A stretch of 64,000 nucleotides of DNA, from positions 32,001 to 96,000 of the IMG/VR virus record IMGVR_UViG_3300032038_000033, one strand, 5' to 3'. Below are positions 37,708 through 48,504 of the stretch, in pieces. Numbering within the stretch: position 1 is the first letter of the stretch; every line of letters begins with the position of its first letter. A program made the position numbers and the translations under genes. Below the pieces are notes generated by a model that searched no databases, had not been told where the DNA came from, and was given only the letters and a program-made list of their open reading frames with translations. Source of the DNA: a virus (taxonomy: Duplodnaviria; Caudoviricetes).

Positions 37708-39786
37708 ATGAACAAAGATATAACAATAAAAAGAATGAAAGAACTTGTAGATGAACTCAATGAATATAGAAATGAATATTATAACAATAATACCTCTATT
37801 GTAAGTGACTTAGAATATGATAGATTATTTGATGAACTGGTAGAAATGGAGAAGATATTAGATATTGCTTATCCCAATAGTCCTACACAGCAAGTAGGTT
37901 ATACTGTTGTTAGTAATCTTGAAAAAGTTAAGCATGAATATTCTTTGTTAAGTCTTGATAAAACAAAATCAATTACTGACCTTGTTAATTTTGTAAATAT
38001 TCACCCATTTGTTATATCTGCTAAAATGGACGGCTTAACTATTTGTCTTACTTATGAGAATGGAAATCTTATTAAAGCTGAAACTCGTGGTGACGGAGTT
38101 GAGGGTGAACTTGTAACTCATAATATAAATACATTTAAAAATGTTCCCAAAACAATTCCTTATAAGAATCATTTAGTAGTTGTTGGTGAAGCCATTCTAA
38201 CTAAAGATAAATTAGATATAGTCAATAAAGATTTACCTGATGATAAGAAATATAAACACGTTAGAAATCTTGTTAGTGGAACTGTAAGACAACTTGATAG
38301 TTCTGTTTGTGCTAATAGAGAGCCTATGTTTATTGCTTGGGATTGTAGAACTAATATTGCTAAAACTTTGGGTGAGAAGTTTGAACAACTTAATAGGTGG
38401 GGATTTACAATAGTTCCTTATATTATTACATATAGTGGTCATAGAAATAATGTTAATAGTCTTAAAGAGCAAATAGAAATTAACATAGAAGATATAAAAA
38501 CTATATGTAAAGAATTTAATTATCCTATTGATGGTATGGTAATTACTTATGATAATATTGAATATGGAAATTCTTTAGGACAAACTTCACATCATTTTAA
38601 AAATGCAATAGCGTATAAATTCTATGATGAAGAAATAATTACACATATAAGAGATATTGAATGGTCAATGGGTAGGACAGGTGTTTTAACTCCCGTAGCT
38701 ATATTTGATACTGTAGATATTGATGGTACTGATGTAAGTAGAGCAAGTTTACATAATATTAGTATTCTTAGAAATCTTAAACTTGGTATTAATGATGAAA
38801 TAACTGTATATAAGGCTAATCAGATAATTCCTCAGATAGGTGAGAATTTAACTAAGTCAAATAATTATAAGATACCTAATATCTGCCCTTATTGTGGAGC
38901 AAAGACAGAACCAATAATGGATAATGATACTGTTATTCTTAAATGTACTAATGATAATTGTTTTGAAAGAAAACTTGAACAGATAGCGTATTTTGTATCT
39001 AAGCCCTGTATGAATATAACGGGTCTTTCTAAAGAAACTATAAGATTATTCTTATATAGAAAGTGGATAGAAAGTCCTATTGATATTTATAATGGCAAAA
39101 TAATTACCCACTATCAGGATATCATTAAAGAAGATGGTTGGGCGGTGAAATCACTTGATAAACTATTATCTTCTATTGAAAAGAGTAAAAATGTAAAACT
39201 TGAAAATGCTATTAATGCTTTAGGTATTGATACAATAGGTATTAGTGCAAGTAAAGATATTGCTAAGTTCTGTAATTATGATTGGCATAACCTTATAAAT
39301 CCCGAGTATTATAGAAATTTTAATAGTATTAATGGTTTCGGAGAAGTTATGATGCAAAATGTTATTCTATATATTAACGATAATTTAGATTATATTAATG
39401 AGTTGTTTAGCAAGTTTACTTTTACTGATAGTAATAGAGCTAATGAAACAAATAAGAATAGTCTTATTAGTGGTAAAACATTTGTAATTACTGGCTCACT
39501 AACTCATTTTAAAAACAGAAATGAACTTGTAACTGATATAGAGAATAACGGAGGTAAAGTGGCAAGTTCTGTATCAGCGAAAACAGACTATCTTATAAAC
39601 AATGATGTAAATAGTAATTCAAGTAAGAATAAGAAAGCTAAAGAACTTGATATACCGATTATTACAGAAGAAGATTTTATGAAAATGATAACTAAAGTTG
39701 GTGTTGATTTAGTACAGAATAGCGATTTTACTTCTGAAACTTATGTACCTCTTCATAAAGCCAAAAGAGGTAGACAATTATTTTAG
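37708..39786 (+). CDS. ligA: NAD-dependent DNA ligase
   Basis: SD.EYD, SLDK, KMDG, TRGDG, DG.V, AIAYKF, GRTG..TPVA, Zn finger, BRCT. Confidence 0.97.
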   Translation: MNKDITIKRMKELVDELNEYRNEYYNNNTSIVSDLEYDRLFDELVEMEKILDIAYPNSPTQQVGYTVVSNLEKVKHEYSLLSLDKTKSITDLVNFVNIHPFVISAKMDGLTICLTYENGNLIKAETRGDGVEGELVTHNINTFKNVPKTIPYKNHLVVVGEAILTKDKLDIVNKDLPDDKKYKHVRNLVSGTVRQLDSSVCANREPMFIAWDCRTNIAKTLGEKFEQLNRWGFTIVPYIITYSGHRNNVNSLKEQIEINIEDIKTICKEFNYPIDGMVITYDNIEYGNSLGQTSHHFKNAIAYKFYDEEIITHIRDIEWSMGRTGVLTPVAIFDTVDIDGTDVSRASLHNISILRNLKLGINDEITVYKANQIIPQIGENLTKSNNYKIPNICPYCGAKTEPIMDNDTVILKCTNDNCFERKLEQIAYFVSKPCMNITGLSKETIRLFLYRKWIESPIDIYNGKIITHYQDIIKEDGWAVKSLDKLLSSIEKSKNVKLENAINALGIDTIGISASKDIAKFCNYDWHNLINPEYYRNFNSINGFGEVMMQNVILYINDNLDYINELFSKFTFTDSNRANETNKNSLISGKTFVITGSLTHFKNRNELVTDIENNGGKVASSVSAKTDYLINNDVNSNSSKNKKAKELDIPIITEEDFMKMITKVGVDLVQNSDFTSETYVPLHKAKRGRQLF

Positions 39787-39893
39787 TAACTTTAAATTTT
39801 AATGACTAATTATGACAAACAAAAAAAACCAGATAAACTACTAATATTGTAATTAACAATTACAATATATAATAAGAAAGGATTTGTTTATTT

Positions 39894-40166
39894 ATGGAAG
39901 ATTTTACATTATATGATTTTGTTGATTGTTTCATAGCAGATAGCACAAAATTTAAAGTTACTTTCGACAATGACGGAGTTAATACTTTTAGAGGTACACC
40001 TAAAGATTTTTACAATAAACGCAATAAGATGAAAGACGATTATTTAGGTGATGAAGATGTAGACTGGCAGGATTTTTATGAAAGTTATGTTTATGATGTT
40101 CGTTGTGATAATGGTTGGTTATCAATTTATGTGACATATGAGCCATATAGATATAATGGATATTAA
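39894..40166 (+). CDS. Acidic protein, untagged paralog of the 52230 pseudogene
   Basis: T..D..DC.I.DS ... FRG..D shared; ACTACTAATATT upstream. Confidence 0.6.
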   Translation: MEDFTLYDFVDCFIADSTKFKVTFDNDGVNTFRGTPKDFYNKRNKMKDDYLGDEDVDWQDFYESYVYDVRCDNGWLSIYVTYEPYRYNGY

Positions 40167-40178
40167 TAACTAATTATA

Positions 40179-40221
40179 AAATAACTGATTTACATACATA
40201 TGTAAGTCAGTTATTTTTTTT
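40179..40221 (+). terminator. Intrinsic terminator
   Basis: AAATAACTGATTTACATA/TATGTAAGTCAGTTATTT plus T-run. Confidence 0.75.
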
Positions 40222-40342
40222 TATTTTCTAAAGTTAATAATATGTTTACATTATTTATAATTAATTGTAATAATTATCTGTTATACTATATATAGTAAAA
40301 CAAACAAATTAGGTGAGTAAAATTATAAAGGAGTAATGAAAA

Positions 40343-40552
40343 ATGAACTATAATGAACTTAGAAAACTTGTAGGTGGTAGAAAGTTGCCAGTATCAGCAA
40401 CCAATGAAAATGGTGAAAATGTTATTATAGAGGAAGGTTCAGATAGTGAACTTGGACATTTTTATCTTACTGAAACTGCACAGCACAATAATTGGTGCAG
40501 AATAAACTATTATTACGAAAATGGAGATACAGAAGAACTTTACGAACATTGA
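40343..40552 (+). CDS. Small early hypothetical protein
   Basis: RBS after dyad-box promoter. Confidence 0.6.
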   Translation: MNYNELRKLVGGRKLPVSATNENGENVIIEEGSDSELGHFYLTETAQHNNWCRINYYYENGDTEELYEH

Positions 40553-40592
40553 TACATTAATATGAAAGAATTATATAGAGGAGTGAGTAATT

Positions 40593-40754
40593 ATGAAAAA
40601 TATAAAATCACCTTGTAATGAGCTTAATATGAGAACAAAAGTTTTTGATAATCAACATTTATCCTATGAAGAAAATTGGGAAGATAGATATGATACCGAT
40701 ATGGATTATGAAACAGAAGATTATGATTATGAAGGTCCGATGGGCAAAGATTAA
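40593..40754 (+). CDS. Small acidic protein (not in ORF track)
   Basis: GAGGAG upstream; MKNIKSPCNE...DYEGPMGKD. Confidence 0.45.
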   Translation: MKNIKSPCNELNMRTKVFDNQHLSYEENWEDRYDTDMDYETEDYDYEGPMGKD

Positions 40755-40812
40755 ATAACCGTAAGATATTGATTTGAAGTTTTAAATAAATATGTTGAAA
40801 GGACTTAAAGAT

Positions 40813-41016
40813 ATGAAAGAACAATGGCAGATAGAATTTGCAAGAAAAATTTGCAGGGAGCGTAAACTCAATTATAAAATAAAAGATGAGGCATTGTATC
40901 TGTTTGTGCCTCAGGCAGGTCATTATACGAGGTCGTGTTTTAGTTTACTTGATTATGATTCTAAAGAAGACATATTGGATATGATAGTAAGAGAAATTTA
41001 TACTTGGCAGATTTGA
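40813..41016 (+). CDS. Exact duplicate of 21231..21434
   Basis: Identical sequence. Confidence 0.75.
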   Translation: MKEQWQIEFARKICRERKLNYKIKDEALYLFVPQAGHYTRSCFSLLDYDSKEDILDMIVREIYTWQI

Positions 41017-41032
41017 AGAGGAGTTTTATACT

Positions 41033-41296
41033 ATGAATAGGAGAATTAAAAAGAAGAACAATATTGAAAGAATAAATATAATGCTTATCAAGGCTATGGA
41101 CCTTATAGATGAATATATGTTAGTTTATGCCCGTCTTGTAGGTCGTAAAAATCATCATAATGCTAACGATGATTTTTGGAATGGATATGATAAATGGAAT
41201 AAATCTATTTCTGCTCGTAGAACTTGGAGATATATAATTAAAAAGGACAATCTTCCTAAATATATAGGTTTTAAGAATAAGACAATTAAGACATAG
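41033..41296 (+). CDS. Hypothetical protein
   Basis: RBS. Confidence 0.55.
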   Translation: MNRRIKKKNNIERINIMLIKAMDLIDEYMLVYARLVGRKNHHNANDDFWNGYDKWNKSISARRTWRYIIKKDNLPKYIGFKNKTIKT

Positions 41297-41436
41297 AAAG
41301 AATTGAAGAATTAAATTAAAATTTATATAACTTGTAAAGTTAATAATTTATTTACACATAACACATACTAAGTTAATTAGTATGTGTTATACTATTATAT
41401 AGTAAGATATACATATGTAAAGGAGAGTGTGTAAAG

Positions 41437-41700
41437 ATGATAAAAAGATATTCACTTGAATTTGATATAAAATATCCTGATTATACAATAGGTGGTTACT
41501 ATAATCATTTAACTGGAGATTATGACAGATATCATTGTAGTGGTAATTGGTATGGTAATAGTCTTAAAACTATGAAAACCTATATTTATAAAATTCGTAA
41601 ACAATATGCTGAATTAGAACCTTATAATTTTAGAATATATGATATAGAAGCTCCAGAAGAACCTGATGGGCATATTGGACAAGTTTATTTTGAATCTTAA
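41437..41700 (+). CDS. Early hypothetical protein
   Basis: Dyad-box promoter and RBS. Confidence 0.6.
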   Translation: MIKRYSLEFDIKYPDYTIGGYYNHLTGDYDRYHCSGNWYGNSLKTMKTYIYKIRKQYAELEPYNFRIYDIEAPEEPDGHIGQVYFES

Positions 41701-41758
41701 AATATAAAATATATATAGTAAAAGAAAAACCGTTAACTAATTAAAAGTCTAAAAGGAG

Positions 41759-42052
41759 TTGTTATTAATGAATAAAGAATATACAATAGACCTAATAAAA
41801 AATATAGTCAAGGCTTATGGAGCATTAGAAGAAGATATATTAGAATATGTTAAAGAAACATTTTTTAAAGATACTAAAGATAGATTTTATGTTGATTCTA
41901 CTTACTTTAACACTACAAATAATAAGGTAGAATTAAATTTAGTTAGTTTTAATAGTGTTGGCTACGAAACTCCTTTTACAATGTATATAAATATATCAGA
42001 TTTTATTGAATATGTATCTAATAATAAAATAATAAAAGAAATTACTAAGTAA
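41759..42052 (+). CDS. Hypothetical protein
   Basis: RBS. Confidence 0.55.
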   Translation: MLLMNKEYTIDLIKNIVKAYGALEEDILEYVKETFFKDTKDRFYVDSTYFNTTNNKVELNLVSFNSVGYETPFTMYINISDFIEYVSNNKIIKEITK

Positions 42053-42172
42053 ATAAAGTAAATGTGATACTACTAATAATATATTACAATATTACTTAAT
42101 CTTAGATGAATTTAATGAAGATATTAGTAATTCATATTTTTAAAATATTAAAAAGAAAGGAAAATAATTATT

Positions 42173-42568
42173 ATGATTATTAGAGAAGAAAATAACATTT
42201 TAAATACAGATGAAAGACGTTTATATGAAAGACAGCTTAAATTTGGAGTTAAAAGTGTTTTAGATTATTTAAAAATAGGTTGGAAAGAATATGACCCTTA
42301 CAATTTAGTTTTTAGAATTGATAACAATGGTGAACTTGTATTTTATGCTGAATATAAAAATGGTTTTGATTTAGAGTATGTTACAGGTGACCTTTATTTA
42401 AAAAATAAGGTAACAAGTATTAATAAACGAGGTAAACAAATTACAAATTTAGGTACTTGGCTATTTAATCTTAATATAGATGGAGCTAATACATTTTTAA
42501 ATAGTATTGAAGATGCTGTTGAAAAGTTAGAATTAAGAGATGTTGATTTATTAGATTATGTTAAATGA
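42173..42568 (+). CDS. Tagged protein (MIIRE)
   Basis: ACTACTAATA at 42069; AGAAAGGA RBS. Confidence 0.65.
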   Translation: MIIREENNILNTDERRLYERQLKFGVKSVLDYLKIGWKEYDPYNLVFRIDNNGELVFYAEYKNGFDLEYVTGDLYLKNKVTSINKRGKQITNLGTWLFNLNIDGANTFLNSIEDAVEKLELRDVDLLDYVK

Positions 42569-42607
42569 TAAAAATTTAAAATAAATAAGAAAGGTGTTAT
42601 AGTAACA

Positions 42608-42979
42608 ATGGATAGAACACAATTAATTGACTATATTGATTCGTATTATGACCAAGATTATGAGGTAGTTGAAAGAATACTGGAAAATGTATATGGTTAC
42701 AATATGAATACAATTGAACAAGATGCATCACATGATTATGATTATGATACAGAAGGATTTTACGCTGTGTTCAGTGACACTCAATTAAAAGAAATTGCAG
42801 AAGAACTTGACTCCTATTTTATGAACGATAACAAATTGAATATTGAGTTAAAAATAAGTGAAAGTGAGCTTAGAGTTTTAATTGATGCTATGGAAAATTA
42901 TTCGGAACCTTCATTCACTAAGGACCGTATGATGTCCAAAGTTGCACAAAGATTGCTTACAAGATTATACAAAATTTAA
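42608..42979 (+). CDS. Acidic protein in the cargo cluster (no N-terminal tag)
   Basis: AGAAAGG RBS. Confidence 0.6.
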   Translation: MDRTQLIDYIDSYYDQDYEVVERILENVYGYNMNTIEQDASHDYDYDTEGFYAVFSDTQLKEIAEELDSYFMNDNKLNIELKISESELRVLIDAMENYSEPSFTKDRMMSKVAQRLLTRLYKI

Positions 42980-43010
42980 AAAAAATAAATAAGAAAGGAT
43001 TTTATGAACT

Positions 43011-43820
43011 ATGGTAACAATAAAAGAAACAAGAGTTGATGATATTAGAGCTGCAAAGCAAAAATGGGATAGTGATTTTGAACAATCAGTTGATGCTTAT
43101 AATAAAATGGAATATGATTATGATATGGCCATTGAAACTGTTATGGAACAAATTGAAATGAAAATAAGAGCTGAATTAGGTGTTACTAATGACGAACTAC
43201 TTGAAATTACAGCAGATGCCTATGGTGGTAAGTTTGGGGGTAAATATAGAACTGGCATTAAATATAAATATGGTGCTCCTTTTGATAAGAAAAGTGCTTT
43301 AAATTGGCATATTGATATTTATCTTAATGATGATGGTGAAGTTCAGAAAGAAACTGGTAGCTGGTCTGGACTTGAAGTTCAAACACCTGAATTACTTGCA
43401 GACCTTAAATATTCTGTAAATCTTATTGAAAAGATTATGAATCTTGATTATCAAAAAATTATAATAGATGCTGAAAATGCCCGTCCTAATAGAGATGATT
43501 ATATAACAAGTAAACGTCCTAATAGAAGTGATAGACCTGATTTTGATAAACAGATTAAAGAAGCTACTATTGAAGACATTATAGGTACTAATACAATTAT
43601 TAAAGGTGAACCTGTGCCAGCTTCAGGCTATAGAAAAGGTTCTATTGGTTGGTATAAAATTGTAAGTCAAACTCCTAAACGTTATACAGTAGCTTATGCC
43701 CCTAATTATTTAATAAATGATAAAGATGGACTTGAACGTGCTTTAAATTATACTTTTACAGTAAATAAAGATAAATTGTATGATGCTATTAATGATAATC
43801 TAGAAACTATGGAAATTTAA
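43011..43820 (+). CDS. Tagged protein (MVTIKE)
   Basis: Tag; RBS; internal QIKE. Confidence 0.7.
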   Translation: MVTIKETRVDDIRAAKQKWDSDFEQSVDAYNKMEYDYDMAIETVMEQIEMKIRAELGVTNDELLEITADAYGGKFGGKYRTGIKYKYGAPFDKKSALNWHIDIYLNDDGEVQKETGSWSGLEVQTPELLADLKYSVNLIEKIMNLDYQKIIIDAENARPNRDDYITSKRPNRSDRPDFDKQIKEATIEDIIGTNTIIKGEPVPASGYRKGSIGWYKIVSQTPKRYTVAYAPNYLINDKDGLERALNYTFTVNKDKLYDAINDNLETMEI

Positions 43821-43840
43821 TTGGAATGTGGTAACATACT

Positions 43841-44347
43841 ATGAAATTAAGAATAAATGAAAACGAAGTAACTAACACTTATTATGGTGTATTTGAAACT
43901 GGTGGTTCTATTGGTAGTCATAAAGAAGATGATTTTTATGGAAGAACTGGTAGTAAAACTGGTAAGTTAGTGAAAGTATTTAATAATGATACAGATGCTA
44001 AAGAATATGCCAAACGTATGAGAAAAAGTTTAAGTCCTGGAGAAAGAAAATATTATGGTTATGGGTATTTTACCAAACCTTTAACTCCTCAGGATATACA
44101 GAATAGTACAGTACAGACAATGATTAATAATATAAATGAATCTTTGAACAAAGATAATAGCTGGTCAGCTATGGATACCGCTCGGTATTATTTAGATAGA
44201 AATTATTCGGATGAAGAAGTTTTTAAAGAATTAGATGAAGAAGGTTATGATGACAAATATATTCAAAATGTAATTGATTGGATGAATGAATTATTCGAAG
44301 AACAACCGGAAGAAGAATTTGGTAGTCCTTATGGACACATTTGGTAA
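43841..44347 (+). CDS. Tagged two-module protein (MKLRINE; internal NINE)
   Basis: Tag; acidic second module. Confidence 0.7.
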   Translation: MKLRINENEVTNTYYGVFETGGSIGSHKEDDFYGRTGSKTGKLVKVFNNDTDAKEYAKRMRKSLSPGERKYYGYGYFTKPLTPQDIQNSTVQTMINNINESLNKDNSWSAMDTARYYLDRNYSDEEVFKELDEEGYDDKYIQNVIDWMNELFEEQPEEEFGSPYGHIW

Positions 44348-44364
44348 TAAGGAGATGAGATTTG

Positions 44365-44727
44365 ATGGTTAGACTTATTAAAGAAGACTCTTTTAATAGT
44401 AAACTTACTGATAGTTTTGTAGTTGAACACGGTCCAAGAATTAGATATATGTGTCATATAGGTAATGAAAATAGTCCTAATTTTGTTGCTTCACTATCAA
44501 AAATATCTCCTTATGACGATGCTGATTATGTTTGGGCAAGAATCTATGAAAACAAAAAAGTTGATTTTATTAAAAATGGAAAAGTCATAGACAAAATGCA
44601 ATTATCTTATTATGACGAAGAAGACTATGAGTCTTTAGATTCCTATATAGATGATTGTTTAGATATTGTTGTTCTTGAACTGGCTGATTTAAATAAGAAA
44701 ATTAAACCTGTTATGGTTTATAATTAG
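44365..44727 (+). CDS. Tagged protein (MVRLIKE)
   Basis: Tag; RBS. Confidence 0.65.
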   Translation: MVRLIKEDSFNSKLTDSFVVEHGPRIRYMCHIGNENSPNFVASLSKISPYDDADYVWARIYENKKVDFIKNGKVIDKMQLSYYDEEDYESLDSYIDDCLDIVVLELADLNKKIKPVMVYN

Positions 44728-44769
44728 TATGCTGTATTATGAAATTAAAAAGAAAGGAATTGATTTATT

Positions 44770-45345
44770 ATGGCAATTAACCAATATAAAAATAATAAAA
44801 GAAAAATAATTAGAGAAAGAACTGAAAAAGGTTCTGTTAATAAAATGTTAAATACATTTAATAATAAAATAGATGATTTAGAATTTGAAGATTTTGATGA
44901 ATCTTTTGATATTAATGAAGCTCGTGATGCTCATACTTGGGGTATAACTTATAGAGATAAGTCTAATAGAACTAAACAGCATATGGTAGGTGCCTCTGAT
45001 GCTTATGATGCTAAAATGAAAGCAAGAAGAGAACTTGGCATTAATTTCTCAGATATAGATGATATTAAATTAATTGAAAATGATGAAATAAATGAAAATT
45101 TAATTATTGAAGATATCACAAGTTCACAAGCCAGTAAAGTGTATTCCGAATTAAAACGTATTTTTGATGACTTTTCTGACAATATGATTGAAACTGTAGA
45201 AGCCGACTATGACAGTTATAAAGAAATGAGTGACGAAGACATATCTTTTGAAGAATGGTTCAGAGAAACTAAAATAAATTATCCTGATTATTTTAAGTAT
45301 ATTTTTGCTATTATGTTTGAAGACTATTTAGACGCGGGCTATTAA
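44770..45345 (+). CDS. Tagged multi-module acidic protein (KIIRE; internal DINE, EINE, LIIE); probably prematurely stopped
   Basis: Frame stays open 35 codons after TAA, to TAG 45453. Confidence 0.65.
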   Translation: MAINQYKNNKRKIIRERTEKGSVNKMLNTFNNKIDDLEFEDFDESFDINEARDAHTWGITYRDKSNRTKQHMVGASDAYDAKMKARRELGINFSDIDDIKLIENDEINENLIIEDITSSQASKVYSELKRIFDDFSDNMIETVEADYDSYKEMSDEDISFEEWFRETKINYPDYFKYIFAIMFEDYLDAGY

Positions 45346-45668
45346 TATAAAGATGAAGCTGACCTTGCTAAAGTTATGGACAGATATGTTTTAAATATAC
45401 CTATATATTACTTTGGTATAGCTGATTATTATGTAGATGAACATAATGTTTAGTTGTTTATTGTTTAATTGATTGACTTATAAAAAAAACAAATAAATAT
45501 ATATATAAGAGTAGATAATATCTACTCTTTATTTTTTTATTTCCTGTAAAGTTAATAATTTATTTACATATTTATAACGACAGTGTAACAAATATCTGTT
45601 ATACTATATTATAGTAAAACAAAGTAAAGAATAAATGCAACATTGTTAAATTGTAGGAGGTACAAATT

Positions 45669-45974
45669 ATGAATAATAAAAGATATATCACTAAGGAAGA
45701 AATCAAGAAAATCAATGACCTTAACAATAGTGTTAGAGGAACTTCTGAATACACTAAATATCATATGATGCAGGAATTTAAGTATAAAAAAGATGGTAAA
45801 TGGACTCACTGGATTTATGCAGGTTATATAGACCGTATCTATAGAAAAAATCTTTTTGTTAAGACTGTAAAGAATAAGGTTTATCTTGTTACTGAAACCT
45901 TTACTGAGCTCGGTGGTGATACAGTAGATAGATATGAAGTTACAGATACTATTAAGGAAGTTCTTGGACTTTAA
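45669..45974 (+). CDS. Early hypothetical protein
   Basis: Dyad-box promoter; AGGAGG RBS. Confidence 0.65.
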   Translation: MNNKRYITKEEIKKINDLNNSVRGTSEYTKYHMMQEFKYKKDGKWTHWIYAGYIDRIYRKNLFVKTVKNKVYLVTETFTELGGDTVDRYEVTDTIKEVLGL

Positions 45975-45985
45975 AAAAGGAGTAA

Positions 45986-46198
45986 TTGAAAATGAGTACA
46001 TACTATGAAAGAAAAACCACTACTGAATATCAAGTAGGTGATATTGCTTATGCAGATTTGTATGACACAGTAACTCTTATGGATAAGATAGTAGGTGAAA
46101 CTGGCACAATTTATTGGATAGTTAAGAGTGACCTTACAAGTGAATTACATCTTATAGAAGAAACTAATTTACTTGAAGTAGGTTATTACGGTGATTAA
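45986..46198 (+). CDS. Small hypothetical protein
   Basis: RBS. Confidence 0.55.
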   Translation: MKMSTYYERKTTTEYQVGDIAYADLYDTVTLMDKIVGETGTIYWIVKSDLTSELHLIEETNLLEVGYYGD

Positions 46199-46214
46199 GG
46201 GAGGGGTTAAATAT

Positions 46215-46511
46215 ATGTTAGAGTATAAAGGTGAATTCATTGAAAGTTTAAGTGACGAAGAACTTGATAAAGGGTTAGTAAAAGTATTTATTCCTGACCC
46301 TGATGGCGTTGTATCAGGTGAAAGTATTTGGGGATATTTAGATAGAACTAAATATACAGATAAAGATAAATCTGTAAGAGTTATTCTTCTAAACAATTCA
46401 TTTTGTTACATACGTCTATTGAATTGGGGAACTGAAATTGTTTGTAAAAACAATGATGAAAGATTTAAGTTAGATGTTGATTGGCTTAATGAGGAGAGAA
46501 AGAAATGGTAG
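46215..46511 (+). CDS. Hypothetical protein
   Basis: RBS; GESIW motif. Confidence 0.55.
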   Translation: MLEYKGEFIESLSDEELDKGLVKVFIPDPDGVVSGESIWGYLDRTKYTDKDKSVRVILLNNSFCYIRLLNWGTEIVCKNNDERFKLDVDWLNEERKKW

Positions 46512-46819
46512 AAACAAGTAAAACGTCAATAGAATTTCCTACAGATGAAGAAGCAATAGAATATTGTAAAGAAAATGGAATACCTTACAGTAATATTCAT
46601 TACATTGTAGATAGGGTATTTGTAGAAACGGAAGAAACTAATGTAACTGAAAAATGTAAAAATAAGAAATTTGAAGTACAATTTTTAACCTCGATAAATA
46701 CAGTCGGAGTTATTTATATTTTCGCCGAAAATGAAGATAAAGCTATTCAAATAGCAAAAGACAAATGGCAAGGAGAAATTAAAGTAATTTTAGCAATTAT
46801 GGAGTGTGAAAAAGATTAA
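46505..46819 (+). CDS. Hypothetical protein
   Basis: RBS. Confidence 0.55.
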   Translation: MVETSKTSIEFPTDEEAIEYCKENGIPYSNIHYIVDRVFVETEETNVTEKCKNKKFEVQFLTSINTVGVIYIFAENEDKAIQIAKDKWQGEIKVILAIMECEKD

Positions 46820-46922
46820 TAATTTATTTACATTATTATAAAACGGAGTTAATATTTATAGTTTATACTATAAGTATAGTAAGAAAACAACTTAGAACAA
46901 TAACTAAGGAGGAAATTAAAAA

Positions 46923-47396
46923 ATGAGTGGAGTAAATTGGAGCTATTTTAATAAGTTTAATGAAATTGATGAAATGTATTTGCCTGTTAAAGGTGAAGGT
47001 GAGAATATGGCTACACAGATTGTAACTGCTGTATCTAAATTAGTTTATAAGTGGTATAATGATGGAGATACACCTGATAATACACACTATCTTAGTGGTT
47101 GGTGGAACGACCTGTCAAGTTATGCGAACTGGCTTTATGAATATGTTCCTGAAACAAGAGAAATACTTGATAATTTCTTTAATTGCACCACTAAGGATAG
47201 CTATGAAGAAAATGTTTTAAAGCCTTTGTGTGATTTGACTCAGACATTTGAGTTTCTTGCAAATTATGAAAATAGAAATCTTGCAGGCTCTATCTATGAA
47301 GATTGTGATGGACCTTTTATATGGGAAGAAGAAACAGAAGAAGATGAAGATGAATGGTACGATGAATATGAAAATGATGATTATGAAGATGATTAG
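46923..47396 (+). CDS. Early protein with acidic tail
   Basis: Dyad-box promoter; YLP..GEGE..A.Q..KL.Y.WYNDGD. Confidence 0.65.
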   Translation: MSGVNWSYFNKFNEIDEMYLPVKGEGENMATQIVTAVSKLVYKWYNDGDTPDNTHYLSGWWNDLSSYANWLYEYVPETREILDNFFNCTTKDSYEENVLKPLCDLTQTFEFLANYENRNLAGSIYEDCDGPFIWEEETEEDEDEWYDEYENDDYEDD

Positions 47397-47555
47397 GAGT
47401 ATGTGAGAACATTATAATAAAGGGCAGATAATATCCGCCCTTTATTTTTTTTATTCTCTATAAAGTTAATTTTTAATTTACATTAGTATAAAACTTTTGT
47501 AATAAATATTTGTTATACTTATTATAGTAAAAATAATAAAGGAGAATTAAGAATT

Positions 47556-47876
47556 ATGAAAACTTATATACTTAAAGATAAAAAACAGCAACCTACATTT
47601 AAATATTTTGTACAGAAGGAAGGAAGTAATAATTATTATCTATTTAATGAGTTTGATAAGGCTTTTGATAAGATGAGAGAATTATATAATTCTTATCTTC
47701 TTGAACCTATATTTGTACCAATGAACAGAGAATGGAAAATGAGAAGAACTTTTATATGTAGAGAGTTTAAAACTGATTATTTAGGTGATAGTGGTGATAT
47801 ACTGTTACATACAAAATTTTATTGTGACGCTGGTGAATGTATAAATTATGTGTTATTTGAGAAAGGACTGAATTGA
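47556..47876 (+). CDS. Early hypothetical protein
   Basis: Dyad-box promoter; RBS. Confidence 0.6.
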   Translation: MKTYILKDKKQQPTFKYFVQKEGSNNYYLFNEFDKAFDKMRELYNSYLLEPIFVPMNREWKMRRTFICREFKTDYLGDSGDILLHTKFYCDAGECINYVLFEKGLN

Positions 47877-48022
47877 TATGAGCGAATTTCAAAAAGAATA
47901 TCAAAGACTATGCGAAATAGATAGAAAAATAACTGAAGAAATGGTCAGAGATGGTGAATTAACGGAAGAGGAAGGTTATATGCGAAATGATTTTCGTAGA
48001 TTAGAAATTTTAATGGAGATGG

Positions 48023-48475
48023 ATGACGATTATGAATAATATAAAACTGAGATTTGAAGAATTAAGAAATGAAATAAAAGATTATTATGATGATTTATAT
48101 GATATATACCATATGAGCATTATGCCAAATTCTAATTTGTTTAAAATTTATCATGAACATTACGTTTTCGATGAAGATAAGTCTGTAAAGTGGAATAAGG
48201 AACAGGTAGAACTTAAAAATGAAGAATATAAGCAGGAAAAAGAACGTTTAATTAAACTTAGAGATAAAGAATGGAAAGAATTGAGTAGTAAGATAGCAAG
48301 AAGGTTATTAGAAGCTTCGCAGAATTGGTATCGTGATGAAATTAAGTTATCACTTAAACAGTTAAATTTAATTGTACTTTATGCTATGGAATATGCACCA
48401 AAAAATTATGAACCCACTAACATTATTGATTCAATTATGCTTAATTTGAATCTTGCTGTAGATTTAAATATTTAA
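48023..48475 (+). CDS. Hypothetical protein
   Basis: VFDEDKSVKWNKEQV motif, coiled coil. Confidence 0.6.
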   Translation: MTIMNNIKLRFEELRNEIKDYYDDLYDIYHMSIMPNSNLFKIYHEHYVFDEDKSVKWNKEQVELKNEEYKQEKERLIKLRDKEWKELSSKIARRLLEASQNWYRDEIKLSLKQLNLIVLYAMEYAPKNYEPTNIIDSIMLNLNLAVDLNI

Positions 48476-48504
48476 TTAATGAGTAGATAGGAGATAGATG
48501 ATTT

